From NCBI RefSeq assembly GCF_032062105.1, contig NW_026931375.1, forward strand, positions 124,001 through 188,000: 64,000 nucleotides of DNA, in the 5' to 3' direction. Below the pieces are notes generated by a model. That model was not told where the DNA came from, made no database searches, and worked only from the letters and a program-made list of their open reading frames with translations. This stretch comes from Saccostrea cucullata (lineage: Eukaryota). The translations under genes and the position numbers were made by a program. This document shows, one piece after another, positions 29,401-40,801 of this stretch; within the stretch, counting starts at the first letter, position 1; every line of letters begins with the position of its first letter.

Positions 29401-32400
29401 CGTGCTGGTCATCAAGAGGAATAATGAAATAAGGCACCGCTAAAATCAGATTTAATACTTTAATAAGTTTCTTCTTTTTTCAATATTTTTTATAAAAGTT
29501 TTTTTTTCTTCATGCATTCCTACCCTATTATTAAGCTTTTGACAACGGCTTTTGTTTTTTTTTAAATTTAGCGTCACAATATATTGCTGAGAAACAATAA
29601 CATATCCAGATCAGAAATTTTGAAGCGTATGTTTTCCCAGGGCAGTTACTAGAATATTTCAGAGTTACCTCACTTTTTCAATTTGATGCATCATTATTGT
29701 TTTATTTAGCATTAAACATTCTATTTTTTACATTCACGGAAATTCCATGAACAAATTGTATTGATTTGAGTGGATTTCAAGAAAAAAATAAAGTTTTTTC
29801 TTATATATTTATTATTTTTTCTTACCTTCCAGTCGCAGAGCAATAACCTTGCTGTCTCTCGCCTGATGTCCACGCTTGACATGACACACATAGTTCCCCT
29901 GATCCTCTAAGCGGGCGTTTTTAATGATCAACACGCGGTTAAAATCCGACATTTCTGCATTCTCAGGCATCGGCCTTCCTTCTCTTGTCCACCAATAACG
30001 CCACATTTCTATGTAGTTATTGGATCTGTGGATTATATAAATTCAAAATTAATATCTAAAATCAATCTGATTACGAAAATTATTCTTCACATCGTATGAA
30101 ATATGAGCAAGTGCAGGAATATATTTTCGGAGAAATTGAAGTTGGAATAAATCTAACACTCACGAGCCATAGGCAAAGCATTCCATGCGAACATTGTGTC
30201 CCTTTAGTGGGGGTTTAGGGAAAACATTGATGAAATCATCTTGAATTTCTGGACCCCACTCAGTTTTTGCAGCTATAAAAGACGAAAGAAGAACAATAAG
30301 ATACAATAACAGATTTATGAAGAAAATTCTTTTATGTCAAAGACACGACAAAACAAAACAGACCTTGAGCCAATACATTCAGTCTGATAGGGAGACTGGT
30401 TTTGCTGACAGACTGGACATCGCTGACTTTTTCGCTAGTTAGACTGGTCAATGTCACCTGACAGTAGTAATTATTAGCGTCCACCTCCGTCACTTCCGAA
30501 AAGTACAGGTTCCCATTGTAAGACATGAACACGTAAGGCGTCATAGTTCGGATGATGTTCTTAGGCCTGCCACTGAGTTCTCTTTGCCAGTTATACACGA
30601 CAGCTGAAATTCATTGAATTAAAAATTAGTCTAAGCTTTAGTTTATGACAATAATTTGACAAAATTGAAATATAGCAACAGGTGCAGGCTAGATCTTAGA
30701 TATAAATTTTTTTTTCGATTTTCAGGATTACCTGGTTTAAATGCAATATTGCTGCACTGCATCACTGCTCCATCGTACATGTTGGCGTTTACATCAGCAT
30801 CTTTGACATTTGAAAATTCTCCCAAAACTGCAATAAACAAAAACTTGAATTAAACACTAAAAAATAATTTATTGCCTTTTCCTTACTTAGCAAAAACTGG
30901 GTATATATTTTTTGATAATTTATATGGGTCTTCGTAGTGTTATCCAGAAGTTCTAACCTTTTAGGGGAAAAGTTAGGTTATTTGTTCGTGTAATTCTTGA
31001 AGCCATAAAATACGATATTCACTTTTAGGACCAAAGTAAAGGTCGTCACTATTACAAAGTTTGCCAATTAGTTTGGGGTGGAACTTTTACTTTTAGCTCT
31101 TGATAGAAGAAATAGAAATGGTTTTCAAATCTTTAATTTTAATACATTGTAGAAAATGAAAAAGGTAAAAGGCTTTTATAGATATTTCAAAAATACTACA
31201 GAGGTCAAGGTCACTATAGCAAAAATTTGAAAATTGGTTTTTAGGTGACATCATTGATGAGGATGAGGACCTGTCATCATTTTTATAATAAAGCTTTATA
31301 AAGAAGACACAGTAGAACATGCAGAACTTGCACCCTAAAGTACAAGTAAGTTTTAGTACAAGTATTCACGTGGTTTATTAAATGCTCCACTCAATTGGAC
31401 GAGAAAAATGGTAAATTTCATGATCTACTTACATCCAAAAGTGATTTTGACGGGATTACTGAGAACTTTTCCCACTTCATTCTCCACTAAACATTGATAA
31501 ATCCCTGCATCCGAATTTTCATCAGGATTTTCTATCGTAAATTTTCCATTGGTCAGCGTATAACGGGACTCCGTTTTTGAAGATATCTGATAAATAGTAA
31601 GTTATATATTTTAAAAAAAAATCAATACAGTCTTATGTGTAGAAAATTGAAACTTTACAACTTAAAAAAATCATTTTCCATACTGTTTCAGCATCTTCCA
31701 TGGAATTGACGGTGGAATTGGAACCACGAAATCGTTTCCATTCATATGTTGGTTGTGGTGTTCCTATAGCAACCGTTTCTATGGTGACAAACTTTGACCG
31801 ACCAATGATGGACAGGTCTTCAGGTTGTAACTCCAGTTTTGGGCCTTTCCTGACATTGTCCATCTCATTGTAAGGAACACCATAGTCTGTAAAATTTATT
31901 AAAAATATTAATTCATTTTTAAAAAGTTAGAAATTTGTATTGATGTATTATTTTTTTATGGAGTAATGGTCAAATAATCATTGACAGCATCTTTTTTGTT
32001 TGTAGCGGTTGTTGATGATAAAAAAACATTTAAATAGATATTTTTTATCCAATTTTCTTCTAATTCATTTTAAAAGGTGGGATATTTTTCTTACCAAACC
32101 CTCGTTTTTCTTGTGTAAGTTTGTACGCTTCTGTTTGACTTATTTCACAAACATAGGACATTTTATCTAATTTGCTACCAACTGTCCAAGCATATGAAAT
32201 TCCTGAAAAACAAAGTTTGACATTTTATTAAGTAATAAAATCCGTGTTTATTAATGTAACCTATTATATACACCAGGCAGCCTATAAAAAATAACCTTTT
32301 CCTCATAAATGTGTCTTGAATAAATATGGAATTATGAAACCTCAGTTCAGAATTCAGTACAAGAATATTAGTATTGTCACAGAACCCTTATTAACAGTTT

Positions 32401-35400
32401 TTTGTGTTATTTTTTTTCTTCAATCTTTGTCAATACATCATTTGTTAAGGGTATAAGTCTTAAGGAATGTAAAATTTCATAGAAATTCATATAAATTTGT
32501 CAAGTGTCTACTTTAAATATAGCTAATAATGAGACACGTACGTAAGATTTATTTAAAACGTCATGTAAGTAATTCCGCCAAATAACTTTGCAACTTGGTT
32601 TATGTAAGCAAAGATACTGGTGCATTGCAAGAGCAGCACTATACATAATTCAATGGAATTAAAAACTTTGTTACCATCAAACTTGTAGACAATGACGTCC
32701 TCCTGCCGGGCGGTGGGGGTGAAGTGGGTCTGGTCGTTGGGGAGCCAGAACTGCATGTCTAGGGGGATACGATTGTTAGTAAAGTCCCCGTCCCACGCGT
32801 ACATGGAGGGATTCTCTCGACTTCGCTGACCAGTCGTAAACCACGTGTTCCTGAAGGCAAATTAATTTTTTTTTAAATCAAAATTTAAGGAAAATTAATT
32901 CATGTTTGTTTGAATTTTTTTTTTATTCTGTTGATAATAACATAGTAAATAACAAGAGATAAAAGAAACACTTTGAATGGATTCCTTTTTTTAAAACAAA
33001 ATCTTGAACAGAAGTGTTTCTAGTTTTAATGTCTCTATAGTCTTGTGATTTTGCTTTGTCATTGTATATGGTAAATTTCATGCAAAATATATTGTCAAGT
33101 GAAAGTTAGATTGTCAAGGAAATTGATATTGCTGAAATATCTCTAACCTAAAATAATCATTATTTCGTAACCAGCCGTCAATGAAATCATGTTCAGTCCT
33201 GGATTTCACGGACAATAAACTTGTGCCAAGCATCTGTGAAGAAAAAAAGCAACGAAATCAAATAGTACTTCTTTTTTTAATCTTTAAAAGATATCTTCAG
33301 AACTATATATAAACAATTTATAATACGATAATATTAAGTGATTCCGTAGATCCAGTTAAAGTATTACTTTTATTAGTACATTGTGTAATTTAATTAAATG
33401 CAGGTGACTTATAGGTCCAAAGGGCCGGGTGTAAAGTTCCAGTCCTTATATTTTAGATATATTCTGATATTATTTTGTATTACACAAGTCACTGTAATAA
33501 ATAAATATTATTATTCTTGATTTAAATATCGAGCTTATTCTTTGTGTTTAAAAGTTAGTTTTTAAAATTAAATAACACTGTTGAATTTTCGTTATCTTTT
33601 TAAATCCTGAATCAATTTCGTCCAAAACAGCAGTTTTTAAGAATCTGTGCTTCCCTTTTTTTTTTTTGAATTGGAATCTGGAATTCTTACCGAGCACTGT
33701 CCTCGGGCTTGTTCGTATGTTTCTTTGGGATCAAAAACAAACTTATAGCAGATATTATTGGACGTGAACCAGTCAGTCGGGCAATCTAAAATCCAAAGTT
33801 TTAAATCAGGTTTAAATCATTTTGGTTAAAAAGAAAACAACTCAGTACTTGTATATAGCTATATAGGTTTCCATTATTGCACTTTTATTGTTAAAGGTTA
33901 TCAAGATTTTTTAAATACTCAGATATCGCCCGAATTATTTACAGTTATACATATAAAGAGAGTATCTTTATTGCTTAAAAATAAAGTGAAAATAGAGTTA
34001 ACGTTAAAATTTTTACCAAAAATCTGTAGATTCACAGTCTTTATTGTGCTTAATAAAAGAAGCGCCCATACTTTTATCTGAAAGAAAAATAAATGCATTT
34101 TAAAATTATCCAATTTAATTTTTTTCTTAAAAAATACAGGTTAATTCACAATGCTTGTAGTTTTTGTTGAATTTCAATACCAGAAGAATTCCTGAGGGAT
34201 ACACTAATGATATCTAAACATTCAGAACAATTTTGAAGATGCACATGATTTAATTTTGTTCTGTTGCTCTGAATTTCTTCTTGTCTTTAGACCCATAACG
34301 ACTACAGAGAATGACTTAGTGCCCAACCTCAAAATGTCACGTATCCAAGAGCAAATTTCTCTTGCAACTCCAAAATCATCATTATATTATTCCCAACAAG
34401 TTCTTGATCGATTTTGGATTCATGACAAACACATAACTCAACTTTCATGGGAGTAGCAAGCACAACAGGTGCATTATCTGGTACTTACACAATCAGAATG
34501 TGTCACATTGATTAATGAAGTGGCCGAGATGCGTCCTATTAATGTATGATACAGAGTAGTTATTTTACAATTAAAAGATTCTTATTTTATCAAATTAAAA
34601 AAAATCCTCTTTCAAATAAAGTCAGAATCATTGAACAAAAGAAAATACCAAAATTTTTCACATTTAAAATGAAACAAACAAACAAACAAACGTCAGAATT
34701 ATGCATGTTTATATGTTTTAATTTTGACAAATATTAGTATAAGCCAATGGTTCGAAATTCAGTGTTGGTTCAGCAAATGCTCTTTCTCTTTCTCTCTCTT
34801 ATTTTTACCTACATGTACATGTATCATAAATTTAATTTTATATCATAAAACAGTCAAGTATATTTTTTCTTTAGAATTTTATTTTAATACACTTAATTTT
34901 CTTTTGGTTACCGGAAATTGTAAGTTATAGGAGTTCATACTTGAAAGATCTTTTCTTTACAAGTTTGAGCAAAGTTGTCATTCATAGAAATAGAAAGTCA
35001 TTGGGTATAAACACAAAATATGGAAAAAGACTATTTTTTATTCATCAATTTAGTTCCAATGCACCAGTGCCTTGCATTATGAATCATAATGCGCCTCTTC
35101 AATCTTATTAATATTCAAATTAACTGAAACAGTGGCATGCATGTTTATTTTTATACATTATAATTCAAGATGCAAGGTCTCGTACACTTTTATATACATA
35201 AGATTTCCAATTAATGTGACTAGAAACACAAGTTAGTGCATTCAACTATGTTAATATGTAAAGTTCGCTACCATTTTAGTTTAAAGAAACACGCTTATCA
35301 ATTAAAATGAAACTCTTTAATAACAATTATAATATGTTGTGTTCTATTTTCACCAAAAAAATATTCAGCCGCCATACTTTTTTAGCTACCGTAATTAGGA

Positions 35401-36162
35401 AATAGGTTAATTAACATATTACAACCAATCTGTAAATGTATTAACAGATACAAAAAAACTTTAATAACAATTATAATGCTGTATTCTAATTTTTGAAGAT
35501 TTTTTTTTTCCCTAGAAAATATTCAGCCGCCATATTTTTTTTTTTAGTTACCATAATTAGGAAAGGGGTTAATTAACATATTTTAACCGTACTGGAAATG
35601 TTTTAACAAACCAAGAATAAAATAACATTTATAAGATAAGGACAGAGTTATTTCAGTTGATTTTAAATAAATATGTTTGATTTTATGTCTCCAACATCAA
35701 CATATTCTATGTGTGACCATCAATACTGCTGTCCCGACCAAATGTTGACATGCTTTCCGTGTCGTAGCCTTAAGGTATGTTGAACACGCGCGCCATTTTT
35801 TATAGGTGAATCAGAAATTATACAAGACGATACTGAAACCTAAAACAAAAGATTCCTACAAAACTTTTAAATATAACGTATTTACTCTCAGTTAATAAAG
35901 TTATATTTTTAATCAGTTAAACATATCATTTCTGAAGGACCACAGCGCAAATAATGCAAATATCACTATGATACATAACCTTAACAATAAAACAAGAGAC
36001 AAATTATGATTGATTGCCATTGTGAGCCATATTCTACATATTTCGACTCAAAAATCCACGAACAAAAAGATACAAATAAACTGAATCATTTCTATAATGA
36101 GACTATTATCTGACTTTTTTAGAGCAAAGACGAAGAAAAAGAATAAAACAACTAAATATTAC

Positions 36163-36209
<47 letters not shown>

Positions 36210-36420
36210 CAAAAAGAGACAAATATGAACATTCATCTCAGAGATTTATCATCGATATATGTAAGAAGGCATCTGGTTTTCTATGAATTATGAACTTTGT
36301 CATATAGTGAGCACATTTTCTTCAAATTAAAAATCAAGGAAGCTAATTTAATGGCCTACATCATATTCGTACTTCAGTTCTGTTTTAAATTAATTTACTT
36401 ACCTTTAAATTAATTTCCAT
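23434..36420 (-). CDS. Cont: Contactin, invertebrate type (signal peptide, C-type lectin domain, 6 Ig, 4 FN3, GPI-anchor signal)
   Basis: About 27 GT-AG exons (approx. 36403-36420, 34017-34077, 33691-33785, 33148-33233, 32675-32850, 32095-32202, 31685-31886, 31432-31586, 30731-30827, 30364-30604, 30164-30272, 29827-30026, 29337-29440, 29055-29224, 28635-28939, 28296-28461, 28057-28183, 27392-27557, 27095-27250, 26864-26966, 26672-26770, 26177-26329, 25214-25335, 24720-24909, 24439-24554, 23837-24014, 23434-23582). CTLD DCPTDWF..ICYKF; Ig motifs GNLYFSEV, DQGNYVC, HNGMYQC, DAGFYTC, HAGTYEC; FN3 motifs YEIKIQVYNSEGKGP, FEVQVFNTAGLGP; hydrophobic C-terminus SVLFMTLFALLTSFLITVC*. Confidence 0.93.
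35315..35582. repeat. Local ~145-bp tandem duplication in contactin intron 1
   Basis: ctttaataacaattataat...aaatattcagccgccata...taattaggaaa...gttaattaacatatt occurs twice. Confidence 0.7.
36166..36206. repeat. (GA)n microsatellite
   Basis: About 20 GA units. Confidence 0.95.
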
Positions 36421-37879
36421 AATTTTTGATATTTTTTCGAAGAAATACATCTATTTATGAACTACACACTTTGCAAAAATCACACTCCCATAACATCAGA
36501 TGATGAATGAATCATGTCACATATAATCCATTAAATTGCACAAAACGTTATTTTCGCTACCATATTCCCTACTCGTTTACAACTTCTTCAGTTTTTCGTT
36601 ATATATTACTTTCAAAACACAAGTTTACTGAAGTAGATAGTATTCCGTTTCTTATATCACTCTATGTTTATAAGGATTTGAATAGTTTTGCTTCATGTAA
36701 TGAAGTTTACGCATCAGTGAACATACGCCCTCTAGGGTCATAGCTTACAGGGTCAAGAAATCATTCAAGCTTCAAATACATTTCCCAAGGTATTGTGAAA
36801 ATGTTCATAAAATACGTTAACCGGAAAACCCCGGGACATTACGGCTATAGGGATCATTATGTTGAAATTAAATAAAAACCGTTATAATTAACTTTCCACA
36901 CATGGTGACAGAATTAAATATGGAAATTAGCAATACATTACGTTTTTCAGCAAAGAACAGTAACTCTTGATATTAACATTTTTGTTAATTACTCTTAAAT
37001 TATATAAAGTAAAAGAATCCGCATTTCATATTATTCTAAAAAAAAATTTGTAATATATATATTAAGTTCAAAAGAATTTCCAAATGGATTTTCTTTTGAA
37101 TTCTAGACGTGGCTTTTGGAAATGTGGATTTTGTGATTGAAACTTTATGCACGTAAAAATGTTTCAACTTAATGCACTTTTACTTTTGTAGAATGAAACT
37201 CAATTAAAATTCGAAGAAGATACAAAGAAAACTGTGGTAGGTTCATGATATTTTTTTTACTAACTATAATTGGTATAAATGTAAAGGAGTATTACTTAGC
37301 ACACCTAAAATTCGGTAACAGTAAACTTTATAATCATAAAATATAGTAATACAAACGTTTGACCAAAGCTTCACATTGCATGAGACTTGCACCATGACAA
37401 TCAGCTATCTATATTTTAAATGGGTTAATTTTCAGGAAGAACATATGGGCTTTCTGAACTCAAAAGATGGGATGATTAAAAAGAAGAGTGATAAAATGAA
37501 GAGAAAATCAAACCAAAGGCCAGATCCTGAAAGGGTTAATTTTCAGGAAGAACATATGGGCTTTCTGAATTCAAAAGATGGGATGATTAAAAAGAAGAAT
37601 GATAAAATGAAGACAAAATCAAACCAAAAGGCAGATCCTAAAGAAAATAAAGCGAGAACCAAAATGACACGTATAAGAATGGAGGAAAACACGAGGAAAA
37701 AGATATTGAAAAGGCAGGTTGAAATATCGAAAGTAGAAATAGAGAAGAGATAAAAGACAGATGGGAACACCAAGGAAAGGAGAAGACAGATATCAGAGAT
37801 AGAAGGGATAAAAGGGACAGCTGTAGAAGAACAGATGGTAAGATGCAGAAGGAAGAGAGCAGAGGACATACAGAAAGAA

Positions 37880-39125
37880 AAGCAAGAATTGCAGCAAAAG
37901 AGAGCGAAGAAGATATAGAACACAAGGAAGAGCAAGAATTGCAGTGAAAGAGAGCGGAGGAGATACAGAAGGAAGAGCAAGAATTGCAGTGAAAGAGAGC
38001 GGAGGAGATACAGAAGGAAGAGAAAGAATTGCAGTGAAAGAGAGCGGAGGAGATACAGAAGGAAGAGCAAGAATTGCAGTGAAAGAGAGCAGAGGAGATA
38101 CAGAAGGAAGAGCAAGAATTGCAGTGAAAGAGAGCAGAGGAGATACAGAAGGAAGAGCAAGAATTGCAGTGAAAGAGAGCAGAGGAGATACAGAAGGAAG
38201 AGCAAGAATTGCAGTGAAAGAGAGCGGAGGAGATACAGAAGGAAGAGCAAGAATTGCAGAAGAGAAGAGCACGAATTGCAGTGAAAGAGAGTGGAGGAGA
38301 TACAGAAGGAAGAGCAAGAATTGCAGTGAAAGAGAGCGGAGGAGATACAGAAGGAAGAGCAAGAATTGCAGCAAAAGAGAGCGGAGGAGATACAAAAGGA
38401 AGAGCAAGAATTGCAGCGAAAGAGAGCGGAGGAGATACAGAAGGAAGAGCAAGAATTGCAGCGAAAGAGAGCGGAGGAGATACAAAAGGAAGAGCAAGAA
38501 TTGCAGCGATAGAGAGCGGAGGAGATACAAAAGGAAGAGCAAGAATTGCAGCGATAGAGAGCGGAGGAGATACAAAAGGAAGAGCAAGAATTGCAGCGAA
38601 AGAGAAAGTAGGAGATACAGAAGAAAGAGCAAAAACTGCAGCGATAGAGAGCGGAGGATAAACAGAAGGAAGAGTAAGAATTGCAGCAAAAGAGAGCGGA
38701 GAAGATACAAAAGGAAGAGTAAGAATTGCAGCGAAAGAAAGCAGAGCAGATACGGAAGGAAGAGCAAGAATTGCAGCGAAAGAGAGCGGAGGAGATACAG
38801 AAGGAAGAGCAAGAATTGCAGCAAAAGACAGCAGAGGAGAAACAGATGGAAGAGCAAGAATTGAAGCAAAAGAGAACGGAGGACATACAGATGGAAGAGC
38901 AAGAATTGCAGCGAAAGAGAAGGGGGAGATTCAAAAGGAAGAGCAAGAATTGCAGCGAAAGAGAACGGAGGAGATACAGAAGGAAGAGCAAGAATTGCAG
39001 CAAAAGAGAGCGGGGGAGATACAGAAGGAAGAGCAAGAATTACAGAGCGGAGGAGATACCGAAGAAAGAGCAAGAATTGCAGTAAAAGAGAGTGGAGGAG
39101 ATATAGAAAGAAGAGCAAGAGAAGG
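37880..39125 (+). repeat. 45-bp purine-rich minisatellite, ~27 units
   Basis: Unit gaattgcag(c/t)gaaagagagcggaggagatacagaaggaagagcaa. Confidence 0.95.
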
Positions 39126-40089
39126 AATTGAACATTGAGATGGCAGAGGAGATAGAGAAGAATAAACGAGCAAAAGAAATAATGAAAGGAGAGAGGGAGG
39201 AGACAAACTTTGATATGGAAGATGACAATTTAATCCAGGGTAGACAACCTTACTGGTACAAAATCCTCTGTGGAACATCCTATTTACCCGTGAGTACATT
39301 TTTTACTATATATAATACATGTGACATATGTTATCAAAAATTTATCTCGATACAGCCCATTAGATAAACTTATGCTTTATCCACGGATAGATGCTTTATC
39401 AATAGCACTTCCGGTTTTGACACGATCCCTCGCTTCAAGATTTTATTTTATTGAAACTTTTATTTGTGAAAATTATTGCCCTTATAAAATGAATGATAAA
39501 GGGCATTAAAATCATTGAAAGCAAGAAAAATACCCGTATATGTCAAAGGAGTATCTTATTTTATCAAGGAATCTGTATTGGCTACTTGAAGACAGATGTT
39601 ACCCCCCCCCCCTTTAAATTGTTTTCGGAGAAAGTAAAGCCTAGCAGTTAAGTTGTTATTATAGGATTCCTTTAACATCTTCAATAATGTTTCCTATATT
39701 ATACTACGTATGCCTTCCTAGTAATGTAGGTGTAACTTACTATGGATCAACAATGAATCTACAAGTAGCCTAGCCTTGCCTGGCACGTTTTGTACTGCCA
39801 CCGTCCGAAGAGTTAATTTTCACGATCCCATGGTCCTTACAACTTTCAGTCAGAAGTTATTTTGATGTAAAGCTCCATTAATTGTCACATAATGTTTTCA
39901 AAGACGCATATAGCAAAAATTCTAAATTTTGATCACGATCTACTTTCTTTCGAGGCATGTCAACATCAACGGTGCTACGTCATCAAGTTATACGTCATCA
40001 GTATATTTGAATTAGCAATCATTCATGTAATTTCTCAGGGGAAGTCTCAAAGTTTTGTTAAAACGAAATTCGTATGAGATAAATCGAAC

Positions 40090-40230
40090 ATCTATAATTG
40101 TGTGATTTGATATTGGCTTTATCCAACTCGTTGAAATGGTGTATATTCGCTAGGCAAGCCTCGCTGATATATAGGCCTACACCATTTCAACTCGTTGGAT
40201 AAAGCCAATATCAAATCACACAATATAGAT
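40090..40230. other. Long hairpin/palindrome, probably the end of a Crypton-like non-autonomous element (left boundary perhaps ~39340)
   Basis: ~54-bp arms atctata(a)ttgtgtgatttgatattggctttatccaac...gaaatggtgta and their inverse, with a small internal hairpin in the loop. Confidence 0.65.
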
Positions 40231-40801
40231 ATCCCCTATGTACTTGTAGTTTAATTTTTTAACACAGATCTTTTCATCAGAAGAAACCTCAGAATGAAAA
40301 CAGAGAAATTAATTAACAGATCAAAGAGAATTGGATATCTTGAGAGAATGAGGAAACATTTCATGAATTAACTTTTGAGAAATTATAATCAAAGGCAGAA
40401 CAATATATATTTTTTAAAAAGTGAATTTGTTAATTATAAATTTTGTATTTGTTTACCTATTTTACATCTGTGTTGATTAAAATATTGTTATTCGTTGTTA
40501 AAAAGTCATTTTTTTAAACATTTATTTTACGTTTCTATAACGACAATTATCCATTGCTGTATCCAGTATTCTTCACATACCATCTGATGTGTTAAATAAA
40601 GCTAAAATAATAAAATGAATTTAATATCCAAGTTTTAATTGGATATCTTTTAGTTCTATAAGCCATCTTGCAACGAAAGTGACTGATTGATTACTCAAAG
40701 ACATATCCATGCAATGATCGTTTTTAAGAATCTTTTGCGGAGGGGGCAGCCAGAGAACAAGGTCAACTCTTTCTACGAGAAGTGGAACCGTACAAATTAC
40801 C

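Larger units (their letters stand above)
37192..40343 (+). pseudogene. Decayed gene for an E/K/Q/R-rich coiled-coil (trichohyalin-like) repeat protein, copy 1
   Basis: Exon-like pieces 37192-37236 (NETQLKFEEDTKKTV|gt), 37436-39289 (ag|EEHMGFLNSKDGM...; 15-aa repeat ELQRKRAEEIQKEEQ; ...YLP|gtgagt) and ~40281-40343. In-frame stops (TAA 37751, TGA in repeats) and frameshifts. Confidence 0.6.

Noticed and set aside
37945-38330. Repeated in-frame TGA read as a multi-selenocysteine or readthrough protein
   Set aside because: TGA aligns with CGA (Arg) or CAA, not Cys; the same frame also has TAA stops and frameshifts; no SECIS recognised
37543-39118. Long minus-strand ORFs (497 aa and 441 aa; Leu-rich or Cys/Ser-rich repeats)
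   Set aside because: Antisense shadow of a purine-rich 45-bp minisatellite: the pyrimidine-rich strand rarely forms stops, the ORFs drift between repeat frames, and splice signals support the plus strand
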